A stretch of DNA of 64,000 nucleotides, taken from sequence record OK040907. The stretch is one strand, 5' to 3'. The notes below the pieces were generated by a model. That model was not told the DNA's origin, did not search any database, and was given only the letters and a program-made list of their open reading frames with translations. Below are positions 29,566 to 40,126 of this stretch, one piece after another (positions within the stretch are counted from its first letter, which is position 1; each line of letters starts with the position of its first letter). This DNA is from Enterobacteria phage Ac3. Both the position numbers and the translations under genes were made by a program.

Positions 29566-30540
29566 TCACTTCCACTGCATTTCACATGCTAACTGAATGA
29601 AAAGATAAGCTAAATGCAATTCAGTATTAGCTGCAATACCATGATACTGATTATTTTCGCCGACAATTTCGTACATACGAATAATACTCTGTGGAGTTAC
29701 ACGTGAATAGATTTCTTCGGCAAGTTTACCCACGAACCACGAATAATCGGCTGCATATTTTGGTGCTAAAGCTCTGAGTTGTTTAACATCTTTATTTTTG
29801 AGAGACTCAAGAACATCATCAATAGCACCACGATCGTTAGTAACCAGTGATAAAATACCAGCATCCAAAACACCTTTAGATGAATAACTATCGAGCTCGC
29901 CAATAGTTTTACGAAAATCAGGAAAATTCTTTTTAACCAAAGCTGCTACAACTTTCATATCAGCTATAGCAATTCCTTCATGCTTGCAGATTTCAGTCAA
30001 TCGACGAATCATCTGCTTCATCATTTCAATTTTATCTTCATCGGTCGGTTGACCGAACGTAATAACTCGGCAGCGTGACTGAAGCGGTTTAATAATACCA
30101 TCAATATTGTTAGCAGTAATAATAATACTACAGTTTGAACTATAAGCTTCCATAAAGGAACGAAGATGTCGCTGAGACTCTGCTAATCCTGAGCGGTCAA
30201 ATTCATCAATAACGATTACTTTTTGACGACCATCAAATGAAGCGGCGCTGGCAAAATTAGTCAAAGGACCACGAACGAAATCAATTTTACAGTCTGATCC
30301 ATTCACAAACATCATATCAGCATTTACATCATGACACAATGCTTTTGCTACAGTTGTTTTACCTGTTCCTGGAGAAGGAGAATGAAGAATAATATGTGGA
30401 ATCTTACCTTTACTTGTAATAGATTTAAAGGTTTCTTTATCAAAGGCGGGAAGAATACATTCATCGATAGTAGATGGACGATATTTCTGTTCAAGAATGT
30501 GTTCTTTTTCATTTACGGTAATCATAATTTCCTCATTCAA
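29566..30540 (-). CDS. 44: clamp loader large subunit (AAA+)
   Basis: 324-aa ORF, Walker A GTGKTT. Confidence 0.9.
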   Translation of the reverse strand: MNEEIMITVNEKEHILEQKYRPSTIDECILPAFDKETFKSITSKGKIPHIILHSPSPGTGKTTVAKALCHDVNADMMFVNGSDCKIDFVRGPLTNFASAASFDGRQKVIVIDEFDRSGLAESQRHLRSFMEAYSSNCSIIITANNIDGIIKPLQSRCRVITFGQPTDEDKIEMMKQMIRRLTEICKHEGIAIADMKVVAALVKKNFPDFRKTIGELDSYSSKGVLDAGILSLVTNDRGAIDDVLESLKNKDVKQLRALAPKYAADYSWFVGKLAEEIYSRVTPQSIIRMYEIVGENNQYHGIAANTELHLAYLFIQLACEMQWK

Positions 30541-30559
30541 GTTTTAGTGTAAATTATAA

Positions 30560-30573
30560 AGGGCCGAAGCCCT
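30560..30573 (-). terminator. hairpin with UUCG tetraloop between genes 45 and 44
   Basis: plus agggc-cgaa-gccct. Confidence 0.45.
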
Positions 30574-30576
30574 CTA

Positions 30577-31263
30577 TTAAAAATCGTGGGTAGAATCAGC
30601 TTCAAGAGCTACTACATAATTCGCGTGTTCACCTTCAAATTTAGCAGCGCCTTGTTTACCTTTTGCCCAGAGCAGAAGTTTATAATTTCCTGGTTGCATT
30701 TTCATATTTGCCATATTGATAATGAAATTAAATGTATTTTCACCATCATAATCACCAAGAGTCAAAGAATATTTAACACGGGTAAGAGCAGAATCTTCTA
30801 CTTTATTAAAACCATTAATTACGATTTTACCTTCTTTTACCGTGATAGCAATTGTATCAATTTGCAGACCACGAGATACACGCAACAGTTGTTGAAGGTC
30901 TTCAGCTTTAATTTCAGTAACAACAGATGCTACCGGGAATGGAATTGGTTTATTAGGAGCAACTACTGTACTCGGATCGGCTGCTGGCCAAAAAATTGTT
31001 GAGCGGGCATCAGCAATTTTAATATTTCCATCTTCTGACTGGGAAATTTCTGCATCATCATTAACTAGAGACAGAATACCGAGAAAACCGTTCAAATCGT
31101 AAATTGCTACATCAAAATCAATAACGTCAGAAATATTTGCTTCCGCGTAAGTTGTACCATTAACTGCGCGAGTCATAATAAATTGACCGGATTTAAGCAT
31201 AATGCCAGAGTTAATAGTAGCGAAATTTTTAAGCAGAGCAGTAGTATCTTTAGACAGTTTCAT
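30577..31263 (-). CDS. 45: sliding clamp
   Basis: 228-aa ORF; matches T4 gp45 length and order 45-44-62-regA-43. Confidence 0.85.
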   Translation of the reverse strand: MKLSKDTTALLKNFATINSGIMLKSGQFIMTRAVNGTTYAEANISDVIDFDVAIYDLNGFLGILSLVNDDAEISQSEDGNIKIADARSTIFWPAADPSTVVAPNKPIPFPVASVVTEIKAEDLQQLLRVSRGLQIDTIAITVKEGKIVINGFNKVEDSALTRVKYSLTLGDYDGENTFNFIINMANMKMQPGNYKLLLWAKGKQGAAKFEGEHANYVVALEADSTHDF

Positions 31264-31318
31264 GTAATTTCCTTCAATTCAAATGAGATTTAATTTTATA
31301 ACTAATTTAATAAAGCAA

Positions 31319-31708
31319 TTAACGATTAAAATCAGTTGCGATTGTTTCGGCAACAATTTGTGCAGCAACAATTAGACGTTCATCTGCATTACCGCAATAA
31401 TCATCTTCAAGGCGTTCACCACATGAAGTCATAATAAATTTAGCACCGGCGTTTAGGGATTCTGTAGTATGTTTGCGCATTAGTTCAATCCATTTATTAC
31501 TTACTTCACGATCGATAGCTTCATAATACGCATGACGAGCAGGTGCAGATTTAATTTTGTTCTGAATAACTTCCATTGCGTTATCAGAAAGAGACAAAAC
31601 CCATGCGCGACGAATTTTATTTTGGTTTTGTGGATTTGATTCAGAACGCACGTGTTTTGGCTGAATATCTTTTACATCAACAGTATAATTCACAGTAATT
31701 TTAGTCAT
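31319..31708 (-). CDS. rpbA: RNA polymerase binding protein RpbA
   Basis: 129-aa ORF next to gene 45; size-based assignment. Confidence 0.6.
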   Translation of the reverse strand: MTKITVNYTVDVKDIQPKHVRSESNPQNQNKIRRAWVLSLSDNAMEVIQNKIKSAPARHAYYEAIDREVSNKWIELMRKHTTESLNAGAKFIMTSCGERLEDDYCGNADERLIVAAQIVAETIATDFNR

Positions 31709-31717
31709 AATACACCT

Positions 31718-31909
31718 TTAGTCATAATAATCAGTAACAGTCCAAGCTTCATTTCTATTGGACATTATTTTTGTATATTCTGCTTTAAATGCATTCCTAA
31801 GCATAGATTCAGTAACTATATGCTCTTCATTAGAAAAATTATTTCTCAGAATATATCGTTTTATTTCAGGAAAAGTTAATAAATGCTGTCCAGTTGAATA
31901 TTCTGCCAC
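31718..31909 (-). CDS. small hypothetical protein
   Basis: 63-aa ORF (GTG start in track). Confidence 0.4.
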   Translation of the reverse strand: MAEYSTGQHLLTFPEIKRYILRNNFSNEEHIVTESMLRNAFKAEYTKIMSNRNEAWTVTDYYD

Positions 31910-31960
31910 AGTTCCTCCGTATAAATATGTTTATCACTCGCTGTATCAAAAGGATATGTT

Positions 31961-32674
31961 ATGAACTATAAACTGATCTACGAAAAACTGATCAGCAACG
32001 CCAAATCCCGTAAACTGGACTGTTACACCGAGTCTCATCACATTATCCCGCGCTGCCTGAATGGCTCCGATGACGCGAGCAACCTGGTAGACCTGACCCC
32101 TGAGGAACATTACGTTGCACACCAGCTCCTGGTTAAAATTTATCCGTCCGAGCCAAAACTGATTTACGCTGCCAACATGATGACTGTATCCACTAAATAT
32201 GCTAAACGCAATAACAAAACGTTCGGTTGGATCCGTCGCAAACTGTGGGAAATCGAAAAAAACAAAGAATTCTCTCAGGAAACCCGTAAGAAAATGTCCG
32301 ATGCGGTTGCCAACAAGGCGCGCCTGACCTGCCCGCACTGTGGTAAATCTGGCCTGTCTGGTAACATGAATCGTTGGCACTTCGATAATTGCCCGAACCA
32401 CCCGAATCCGAAAGTGCGTCCTCCGATGTCTAAAGAACACCGTAATAACATCAGCAACGGTCTGAAAGCAATTATCCTGGAGGAAACCTCTTGCGAATTC
32501 TGCGGTATGATCGGCAAGAAATGCGTGATTGCAGCTCACCGTAACTTCTGTAAGAAAAACCCGAACGGCCGTAAGAAAACCGAGAAAACCGGTACTTGCG
32601 TGCACTGCGGTAAAGTTACGACCTTTGGCAACCTGAGCCGTTGGCACAACGACAACTGCAAGCACAAACACTAA
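31961..32674 (+). CDS. HNH homing-endonuclease-like protein with C-terminal Cys-rich zinc-finger repeats; codon-optimised-looking
   Basis: 237-aa plus-strand ORF with ESHHIIPRCLNGSDDASNLVDLTPEEHYVAH motif; ctg/ccg/cgt codons; stop overlaps gene 46 stop (convergent). Confidence 0.65.
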   Translation: MNYKLIYEKLISNAKSRKLDCYTESHHIIPRCLNGSDDASNLVDLTPEEHYVAHQLLVKIYPSEPKLIYAANMMTVSTKYAKRNNKTFGWIRRKLWEIEKNKEFSQETRKKMSDAVANKARLTCPHCGKSGLSGNMNRWHFDNCPNHPNPKVRPPMSKEHRNNISNGLKAIILEETSCEFCGMIGKKCVIAAHRNFCKKNPNGRKKTEKTGTCVHCGKVTTFGNLSRWHNDNCKHKH

Positions 32675-34359
32675 TTGATCGTAGCAACGGAGAAACGACC
32701 CACTTTCTCCATTTTGATGTGCTGACCGTAGTCCTGTGGGTCGTGGTCTTTGTGGCTGATAATGAAAAAGTTAGTATCTTTCAGGCCATCGAGAATTTTA
32801 GCGACGTTTTTGATACCTTCGGCGTCGAACGCGCCATCGTACACTTCATCCAGGAACAGGCAAGAGATTTTTACACCAGAGACTTTTTCGGCGATGTCAC
32901 GCCAGGTGAACAGGAGGGCGATATCGATACGTGCCTTTTCGCCTTGGGAGAAGGATGCATAAGAGAAATCTTCGCGGCCGCGGGATTTGATAGTTTCGTT
33001 GAATTCCTCGTCCAGGGTGAAAACATAGTCCGCCTCCATAATTTTCAGATAATGGTTGATCTGTTTGTTGAACAGCGGGATGTATTTCTTAATGATCGCG
33101 CCCTTGATGCCGCTGTCTTTCAGCATGTCGGTCAGGATGCCACGGTGGTATTTTTCCATCACCAGGTTGGTTTTAGTCTTCACGATCTTATCCAGCTCTT
33201 CCTGCAGGAGGGCAATTTCGTCCGCGTGGTCAATGAATTCAGAGGAAGCTTTTTCAATGGCAGCTTTAACTTTCTTAGCTTTGTCAACCGTGGTAATCAG
33301 GGACTGTTTCTTGTTACGAATATCGTTCGCCAGAGACTGTTGGGTCTTAATGTTATCACGATATTCGTCCACCAGGACTTTCAGGTTATCGCGGTGGGTG
33401 GACAGTTGTTCAAAAGAGTGGGTGCATTCGCTCACCTTATCTTTAATTTTGCTCACAACTTTATCACCGCTGGACAGTTGAGACAGGCAGGTCGGACACA
33501 GACCGCCCTCGTGGTACATGTTGATAACTTTGTTGTAGCTATCGATTTTGGATTTAATCAGCACGGCCTCCTGGCCAATTTTGTTAAAAGCATCAGTAGG
33601 GTCTTCGTCCAGCACGATGTTGACCAGACGTTCATTCGCTTCCTCGATTTCGCTTTTCAGGGTACGAGCTTCTTTAGCCAGATCGTCGTACATGTTCTGC
33701 AGGCGCGTCAGGTTGTCACCGGTCAGTTTCTTCTGACGTTCTACGTTGTCGTTGTAGATCTTGATCTGTTGGATAATAGAGTCTTTCTTCACATCCAGTA
33801 CCTGGTTCTGAGAGTTCAGTTCACGGATCAGTGCTTTGTTCAGTTTGTCCATCTCCGCCAGGGTGCCAACCTCCAGGAGGTCTTCGACCAGCTTACGGCG
33901 TGCTGGAGTGCTCAGGCCCATGAACGGAGTGTAACCCGCAGTGCCGAGCACAACAATCTGCTTGAAGCTAGCGTAAGACATACCGATCAGCTGTTCGAAC
34001 TCGGCCTGAAAATCTTTGGAAGAGGCAGATTCGTTCAGACGGGTGCCGTTCACAGTGATTTCAAAGACGTTTGGTTTTTGACCGCGTTTGATGTAATATT
34101 TCTTTTCGTCATATTCCATCCACAGTTCTACCAGGAGTTCTTTCTTATTGGTGCTGTTGATCAGCTGGCCTTTCTTAACGTCGCGGAACGGTTTACCGAA
34201 GAGGCCGAAGGTAATAGCCTCCAGCATGGTAGATTTACCGCCACCGTTACGACCAGTGATCAGGGTTTTCTGAACTTTGTCCAGCTGGATATCAACGCCG
34301 TTCTGGCCTACGCTCATAATGTTCTTGTATTTAACACGGTTCAGTTTAAAGGATTTCAT
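32671..34359 (-). CDS. 46: recombination endonuclease subunit (SbcC/Rad50-like ATPase)
   Basis: 562-aa ORF, Walker A GRNGGGKST, coiled coil; protein is gp46-like but DNA is E. coli-optimised-looking. Confidence 0.85.
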   Translation of the reverse strand: MKSFKLNRVKYKNIMSVGQNGVDIQLDKVQKTLITGRNGGGKSTMLEAITFGLFGKPFRDVKKGQLINSTNKKELLVELWMEYDEKKYYIKRGQKPNVFEITVNGTRLNESASSKDFQAEFEQLIGMSYASFKQIVVLGTAGYTPFMGLSTPARRKLVEDLLEVGTLAEMDKLNKALIRELNSQNQVLDVKKDSIIQQIKIYNDNVERQKKLTGDNLTRLQNMYDDLAKEARTLKSEIEEANERLVNIVLDEDPTDAFNKIGQEAVLIKSKIDSYNKVINMYHEGGLCPTCLSQLSSGDKVVSKIKDKVSECTHSFEQLSTHRDNLKVLVDEYRDNIKTQQSLANDIRNKKQSLITTVDKAKKVKAAIEKASSEFIDHADEIALLQEELDKIVKTKTNLVMEKYHRGILTDMLKDSGIKGAIIKKYIPLFNKQINHYLKIMEADYVFTLDEEFNETIKSRGREDFSYASFSQGEKARIDIALLFTWRDIAEKVSGVKISCLFLDEVYDGAFDAEGIKNVAKILDGLKDTNFFIISHKDHDPQDYGQHIKMEKVGRFSVATIN

Positions 34360-34374
34360 TTTGTATCCAATTGT

Positions 34375-35225
34375 TTAGAGGCTAGAGAATTCTTTTACCA
34401 GGGCTTGCAGGCTAGCTTCGATCGGATAACCATTTTTCACCAGCATTTTACGGAACATCACGTGTTTAGGACGGTTATAGCTGATCCACAGTTCGTACAG
34501 TTTGTCTTTGTTGTCCCAGTGGTAACCTTTGCGACGGCTGGCAATGTGAGCCTTACGAATCTCCGGATTTTTCCAGCTTGCAGCGACAGAGTTGGAAATC
34601 GGCTTTTGATATTTTGAGACGGGCACAGCGGAGCGAAAGGCTTACGAGTGTTGAGTTTGGTGCGTTTCATGGTCAGACCGTTTGCCAGATGCCACTGGAA
34701 TTTCTGTTTAGTTTTGAAGTTATTCAGACGTTCTTTGTTATCCTTACGGTTTTTCGCTACGGAGAAGTATTTCAGTGCGCGTTCACGAGCTGCATTACGG
34801 TTCTGTGGGTTGGAGTAATACTGTTGCAGGCGTTTAGAAATGGTATCGGAAACATCCTGTTTGATAAAAGAGTATTCTGCCGCAATCAGATCAACTTCTG
34901 CCAGGCTGAGGTTTTTATAGGTTTTGCCAGACATCATACGATTCAGCGCGTTCAGCATTTTACCGTTTTTACCTTTTGCCAGGAGGAAGTGTGCTTTAAA
35001 GTGGTTAAAGTGGCTGAGGTTCACCAGGTTCCAGGTAGATTTGAGATATTCCGGGAAGATAGATTTCGGCAGCACGTGATGTGCTTCGGTCTTGCCCGGA
35101 GTCTTAACGGTGCTGTTAACGCTAATGAAGTTGATATAGGACTTAGCGTCTTCCTCAGACAGCGCCAGTTTTTCCACCAGTTCTTTGATCAGGAATTCAT
35201 CGTTGATGTCCAGTTTGAAGTTTTT
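34375..35225 (-). pseudogene. HNH endonuclease-like gene, disrupted (frameshift, no canonical start); codon-optimised-looking
   Basis: EAHHVLPKSIFPEY HNH motif in one frame (to about 34640); C-terminal part continues in another frame (34375-34626) after an in-frame TAA; no ATG upstream of the recoded N-terminal segment. Confidence 0.45.
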
Positions 35226-35440
35226 AACAAAAGATTCCTTTTAATGTATCTTTTAGACCATTCTATCATATCATCATAATCTAAAAAGTATTCATCAAAT
35301 TCAGCCATGCAAACAACGCCTTGTGCTGTTTTTGATGTAATATAAATTATTCCAACATATCTAGAATCTTCTTCGGTATAATCAATATTTGCTATAAATT
35401 CATCATTAATGTCAAATGTCGAAAACTTCACAGTATGCAT
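35189..35440 (-). CDS. hypothetical protein, 3' end uncertain
   Basis: native-composition ORF from Met MHTVKFSTFDINDEF; its reading frame runs into the recoded block; contains a motif (FDINDEF) repeated at the start of 34375-35225. Confidence 0.3.
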   Translation of the reverse strand: MHTVKFSTFDINDEFIANIDYTEEDSRYVGIIYITSKTAQGVVCMAEFDEYFLDYDDMIEWSKRYIKRNLLLKTSNWTSTMNS

Positions 35441-35675
35441 CCTTAATACAAGATACAGCCATATCTCGTAATGATTTAGGTGTGTCATTATCTAAAATGT
35501 TGAAGTTAAAAGATACAGCCCAGTCAGTGCAGACCGTAACCTTTTTAATACAATTATCTTCAACCTCTAACGGTTCAAACCAATATTCAATAATTTCTTT
35601 ATGCCCAATATCATCTTTTACTTCGCATTCAAAATGCTGACTCATCATAACATTTTTAAATTCATCAAAAGTCAT
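35412..35675 (-). CDS. hypothetical protein
   Basis: 87-aa ORF overlapping gene 47 stop by 4 nt. Confidence 0.5.
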   Translation of the reverse strand: MTFDEFKNVMMSQHFECEVKDDIGHKEIIEYWFEPLEVEDNCIKKVTVCTDWAVSFNFNILDNDTPKSLRDMAVSCIKDAYCEVFDI

Positions 35676-36691
35676 TGTGTTGCCTCTACATATAACTGAT
35701 TTGCATATTGAATAAGTGCTTCGCGGTCAGAATCAGTGATGTCTGGAATTGCATTAATGTATTCTTCCATCAACGTCTGAAGAGATTGAACTTCAACTTC
35801 TTCGCTTTCATCTGACTCGACAGAGTTATCAATTTTTGACACAACTCGTAATGAATGCACAACTTTTTCTAGTTCAGATTCGAACTTCGTCAGATTTTTG
35901 TCTACCTCAGTTACTATAACACGTACTGATAGATTTGTAAAATCTTTATAGTCAATTTTTCCTTTAAATGGATAATGAATTCTACGATGCCAGGTAGTAT
36001 TGTTTGGAATAAATTCCATTCGTTCTGTTTCTGTATCAAACATCCAGAACCCGCGAGGGTCATTCTCGTCACCTGCAGTTAGTGTCCATGGTGTCCCAAT
36101 ATATCTGACGTTTGCAGCCTCAGAAATAGTATGGAAGTGACCAGACCACACTTCTTTATAAGTCTTAAGGAAATCAGGTTCAAGACCGTGAGATTTCATT
36201 CCTTTATAAAAATAAAATCCATTCAGTTCCCAGTGACCAACACAAAAAGAAGCAGATGAAGTTTTTATGTGCTCGAGAATTTCACCAGTATTTTCTTCAC
36301 ACATCCAAGGAATTAAATCAATTAAACATCCGTCAAAATCTACTGTAGTAGGCTTATCATATACTTTAACATTAGGATATTTAGCCAAAAGCTCAGTAGA
36401 GGCATTTGGAGTTAAAGTATTTTTAAAGTGCATATCATGGTTTCCTACAACAGTATGTAGGGTAATACCAGCATCATCAAGCATTTGAACTATTTCACGA
36501 GCGAACTCCATAGTTTTATGCGTGATTGCTTTTCGCACATCAAAAATATCGCCATATTGAATCCAGGTAGTAATTCCATTTTTCTTAGAATATTCTATTG
36601 CTTGTTTAATTCCATCCAACTGAATGGATTGAACCCACTCGTCATCGGCTTTAACGCCTAAATGCCAATCACCTAAATTTAAAATTTTCAT
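35672..36691 (-). CDS. 47: recombination endonuclease subunit (Mre11/SbcD-like phosphoesterase)
   Basis: 339-aa ORF with metallophosphatase motifs DWHLG...GDIFD...GNHD; matches T4 gp47 length. Confidence 0.9.
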   Translation of the reverse strand: MKILNLGDWHLGVKADDEWVQSIQLDGIKQAIEYSKKNGITTWIQYGDIFDVRKAITHKTMEFAREIVQMLDDAGITLHTVVGNHDMHFKNTLTPNASTELLAKYPNVKVYDKPTTVDFDGCLIDLIPWMCEENTGEILEHIKTSSASFCVGHWELNGFYFYKGMKSHGLEPDFLKTYKEVWSGHFHTISEAANVRYIGTPWTLTAGDENDPRGFWMFDTETERMEFIPNNTTWHRRIHYPFKGKIDYKDFTNLSVRVIVTEVDKNLTKFESELEKVVHSLRVVSKIDNSVESDESEEVEVQSLQTLMEEYINAIPDITDSDREALIQYANQLYVEATQ

Positions 36692-36828
36692 ATATCAAGA
36701 ACCGTCATTGAAATGCAAAATAAAATTATTGAAATAAACCCATCTGGTGTGCTAAAGAACCCAATCCAACATGCTCTAGTGAATAGATAAAATGCAAGAA
36801 AAAGTATCACATATCCAAGAAATATCAT
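36688..36828 (-). CDS. small hydrophobic peptide, translationally coupled to gene 47
   Basis: 46-aa ORF below track cutoff; ATGA overlap with gene 47 start. Confidence 0.4.
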   Translation of the reverse strand: MIFLGYVILFLAFYLFTRACWIGFFSTPDGFISIILFCISMTVLDI

Positions 36829-36851
36829 TATATCAAACTCCGTATAAAGCT

Positions 36852-36869
36852 AAAGGGCCGAAGCCCTTT
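36852..36869 (-). terminator. hairpin with UUCG tetraloop 3' of alpha-gt
   Basis: plus aaagggc-cgaa-gcccttt. Confidence 0.45.
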
Positions 36870-38070
36870 ATTTTGTAATAATGTCAAACTGTTCTTTAAA
36901 GCAGAAGCTTGAATCTTGATGCTGATACAAAAATTCATAAGCTTTTTCGCGTTCGCGGTCATAAAGAGTTCGGTCAGATGACAGTTCTTTAATACGTTCA
37001 AATGTTGATTCCATGTCATTTTCATCAAACCAAATGATACCGCTATCATGCGAGGTCAAAGGAGTATTATCAACACGGAATTTTAAATTTTCGCCAGTAG
37101 ATTTCCAAAATACCGGAATTGTTCCACATGCACCAAGCTCGAGATGAGTATATTCTAAAGAACGTTGTAGATATTTTTTATCCAACTTACTCAACTGATA
37201 ACCAAAACCGGATTTACTCATACGTTCAAGCATTTCGCTATTTACATAACGGTCAAGAATTTGCGTTGGCAAATTAGGAGCAATTTTAATTTGGTCTACT
37301 TGATGAAGACGATAATACTCGTATGGAATTCCTTTTTCTTTAATAGGAATGAACGCTGGAGAACGTTCCAGACCTTCCATAATAGTACTTAGTCCTGCAG
37401 GTTTAAGATGTTTTTCGTGAAAATCAAACATCTGATAAAAACCTTTCCATGTAGTCGTACGACCAATCCAACGGTTGATATTCATGTTAATTTCAGAAAC
37501 ATCTTTCCAGTAAGTTGACCGAACCTTCGCAATATCCATAGGAGGCTGAAAGTTATATACGGTCGGTGCTTCTTCAATATCATCAAACAGAGAAACAGTT
37601 TCTGGATACCACTCTTTCATCAGAACTTTATTAAAATCACCATTATCAGAATGGCTAAAAATAACATCAGCTCGACGAACAGTTTCTTCTAATCCCAAAT
37701 TTCGACGCAAAGAAAGAGAAGAATGGTCATGCTGATAAACTACAACACGAACAGAAGGTTTAATATTATCAATAATTTTTTTATAGTTATTAATAGTGTC
37801 TTCTTCAACCGAAGTAGCAGGAACTGAATTGATAATTAGAATATCACAATCATTTACCAGCTTAAGTGTTTTATCGTATTCTTTTGCCAATAAAACCGGA
37901 ATTGAAAATGATTTATAATCATGCGCGCAATTACGAGTAAATGATTTATCTTTAGCATAAACCAAAGTCACTTCATGACCATTTTTAATAAACCAATCAC
38001 GTTGCTCGAGTGAGAATTTTGTTACACCACAACCTTCAAGACCTCGAGCCATAAAAATACATACTTTCAT
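36868..38070 (-). CDS. a-gt: alpha-glucosyltransferase
   Basis: 400-aa ORF MKVCIFMARGLEGCGVTKF...; matches T4 alpha-gt length and position. Confidence 0.85.
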   Translation of the reverse strand: MKVCIFMARGLEGCGVTKFSLEQRDWFIKNGHEVTLVYAKDKSFTRNCAHDYKSFSIPVLLAKEYDKTLKLVNDCDILIINSVPATSVEEDTINNYKKIIDNIKPSVRVVVYQHDHSSLSLRRNLGLEETVRRADVIFSHSDNGDFNKVLMKEWYPETVSLFDDIEEAPTVYNFQPPMDIAKVRSTYWKDVSEINMNINRWIGRTTTWKGFYQMFDFHEKHLKPAGLSTIMEGLERSPAFIPIKEKGIPYEYYRLHQVDQIKIAPNLPTQILDRYVNSEMLERMSKSGFGYQLSKLDKKYLQRSLEYTHLELGACGTIPVFWKSTGENLKFRVDNTPLTSHDSGIIWFDENDMESTFERIKELSSDRTLYDREREKAYEFLYQHQDSSFCFKEQFDIITK

Positions 38071-38120
38071 TTAATATCCTCTTTGTTTTGGTTTATTTTA
38101 CCAAAAATTTATAAAGCAAT

Positions 38121-38140
38121 ATAGGAGCCGAAGCTCCTAT
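38121..38140 (-). terminator. hairpin with UUCG tetraloop
   Basis: plus ataggagc-cgaa-gctcctat. Confidence 0.45.
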
Positions 38141-38310
38141 CCACATAATACGCCATACAGAGGCTCATTAGAACTTTTAAATTTTATACGCTTATATGTT
38201 ATAGTTCCTTCTGCTTTAGCTTTATCATGAGACTCTTTAAAGCGTCTCATCATTTCCTCTTTAGAGGAACGAATTTTATTATAATCTATTTCAGAAGTCT
38301 GGATGTTCAT
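38137..38310 (-). CDS. small hypothetical protein
   Basis: 57-aa ORF below track cutoff. Confidence 0.35.
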   Translation of the reverse strand: MNIQTSEIDYNKIRSSKEEMMRRFKESHDKAKAEGTITYKRIKFKSSNEPLYGVLCG

Positions 38311-38313
38311 CTT

Positions 38314-38520
38314 TCATAACTGCCACCATTTTTTGACTTGATAAGAATCAACCCACACTTTCATATTAGGGTCTGCTCTTACAATAGGAGGATTAACTTC
38401 TTTAATTGAACTATCATGGTATTCTTTTTCAGAAATTTTCACACAAAGATGACCATTCAAAGATTCAGTAAATCCTGCATTAATTTTAAGACGCTTGAAT
38501 TTTACGTGTGTAAGCATCAA
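38314..38520 (-). CDS. small hypothetical protein
   Basis: 68-aa ORF. Confidence 0.4.
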   Translation of the reverse strand: MMLTHVKFKRLKINAGFTESLNGHLCVKISEKEYHDSSIKEVNPPIVRADPNMKVWVDSYQVKKWWQL

Positions 38521-38803
38521 TCATATCCTCAATCTGCGATCTAGTAGTCTTCCAAAGAATACTGATAAGTTCATCGTTATATGGCTGTTTTAGAATATCC
38601 CGACTTTTCTTGATAGCATATTCGTATTGAGCAAAATTATTATTTTCAGCCGCAATCTGAGCATGCTTATAAAGACGATTCAGTTCGCGTTTGTTTTTAG
38701 ACAATAACTTATTTGCTTTTCTTTCTGCTTCAAGACGGTTCTTTTCTTCAATAGAAGAAATAAGCTTTTCCACTTCATCATTAATTTCGGGTTTATCAGT
38801 CAT
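38486..38803 (-). CDS. hypothetical protein
   Basis: 105-aa ORF. Confidence 0.5.
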   Translation of the reverse strand: MTDKPEINDEVEKLISSIEEKNRLEAERKANKLLSKNKRELNRLYKHAQIAAENNNFAQYEYAIKKSRDILKQPYNDELISILWKTTRSQIEDMIDAYTRKIQAS

Positions 38804-38804
38804 A

Positions 38805-39023
38805 TTATTTCTCTAATATAAAATAAAAATCATCATCTGTTAAATGATACCGATAGTTTAATTCTACACCATTAGATTTAAAAGCGGTATCATACGGATT
38901 TTCTGGATCAATATCAATGTCAAGAGCTAAAACTTCCCTGAGATACATTTTAAGTAAATAGGGAATAGCTTCAACTTCAGGTATTTCTTCCAAGAATCCG
39001 GAGAGGTTAATCGTTAGCCTCAT
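38805..39023 (-). CDS. small hypothetical protein
   Basis: 72-aa ORF. Confidence 0.45.
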
Positions 39024-39570
39024 ATAAAAAATCCAAACTAGGAGAATCGTCTACAACACTTTTCTTTTCAGCCCCCGGTGTTCTATAGGTTGATTCTTCG
39101 TAATGCGTCATTTTATCATAGATGTCTTGAATAAAAGTTTCATCTACTAACGCAACCATATCGTCGTCACGACTGTCATAGACATTGTGAACGAAGTAAC
39201 TATATTTCTTTGCAACTTCCTTACGTTCTTTTTTAATACGTTGGACGAATGCATTAAAACAAGCTTGAGTTATATACGCATGTGGGTTTTTATATTTCGT
39301 TTCATCAAAATTGTGAAGCCCCTTAATAGAAGCTTCTATACCATCTGCAATCATTTCTTGTTTCCAAGACTGGGTGTATCCTGAAAAGTTGAAACGTTTA
39401 GATAAGCCTTCTGCAATAAGCATAATGGCTAATCCGATAGTATCATTCTGACGAACTACTTTATTTGGGTCTTTATTATTTGCTAATTCTGTTTTCCAAT
39501 CAATAATAGCTTGTAAAAGCTCTTTATTGTTTACGTAATTATATTTAGGCTTAGTTTCTGACATTTTCAC
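39007..39570 (-). CDS. 55: late-transcription sigma factor
   Basis: 187-aa [29 protein letters not shown]; sigma region-2-like. Confidence 0.85.
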
Positions 39571-39642
39571 CTCTTAGCTCAATTCATAGATCTATTATAT
39601 CATAATATTTGAAGATCTATCTTAAAGCATAGAGGATATCAG

Positions 39643-39912
39643 TTATCTAAGTAAACAGTATGCTTGGAACACTTTCTCCATCATCTTTTTAAATTCATGA
39701 ATATCTATGTAATGACTAGTTAGTTCAGCATGATATAAAAAGTCTAAAAACTTTTCATGTGTACTAACATATTCACTTTCATTTAATTCAGAAACATGGC
39801 TTTCCCAGTATCCAACACCAGTCTTATTTGGGAAAAATGAAATTTTCATGTATTGGTCAACATAGAAAATGCCATAATTTTCAATAGTAATAGAAATATT
39901 AATAAATTTCAT
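39643..39912 (-). CDS. hypothetical protein
   Basis: 89-aa ORF. Confidence 0.45.
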   Translation of the reverse strand: MKFINISITIENYGIFYVDQYMKISFFPNKTGVGYWESHVSELNESEYVSTHEKFLDFLYHAELTSHYIDIHEFKKMMEKVFQAYCLLR

Positions 39913-40124
39913 ACATTCATCAACTTAGCCGCTTCAAGAGCTGCATCTAGTGAATCAAATTGGTCAACGTATTCAATCAATTCGCCGTAATTGGCATATA
40001 ACCACCATTGGCTAAATTCATACTCAAGGATGAATCCATTTCCTTCAATTTGAGTTAAACCATTGCCGTTTGTATTTACTTCATATCCGGCAAGACGCAA
40101 ATCGTTAATAAGAGCTTCGTTCAT
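39909..40124 (-). CDS. small hypothetical protein
   Basis: 71-aa ORF. Confidence 0.45.
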   Translation of the reverse strand: MNEALINDLRLAGYEVNTNGNGLTQIEGNGFILEYEFSQWWLYANYGELIEYVDQFDSLDAALEAAKLMNV

Positions 40125-40126
40125 AA

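Noticed and set aside
31946-32671. 241-aa minus-strand ORF
   Set aside because: Antisense shadow of the plus-strand HNH gene; the HNH motif and coherent protein are on the plus strand.
32641-34617. 658-aa plus-strand ORF antisense to gene 46
   Set aside because: Low-complexity V/F/Q/L-rich translation running antisense through the recoded gene 46; codon-optimised sense DNA depletes antisense stop codons, so this is a shadow ORF.
34375-34640. Programmed ribosomal frameshift in the disrupted HNH gene
   Set aside because: No slippery heptamer or downstream structure was evident; the upstream frame ends at an in-frame TAA, so a disrupted gene (or two annotated fragments) is more parsimonious. 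Left as a pseudogene.
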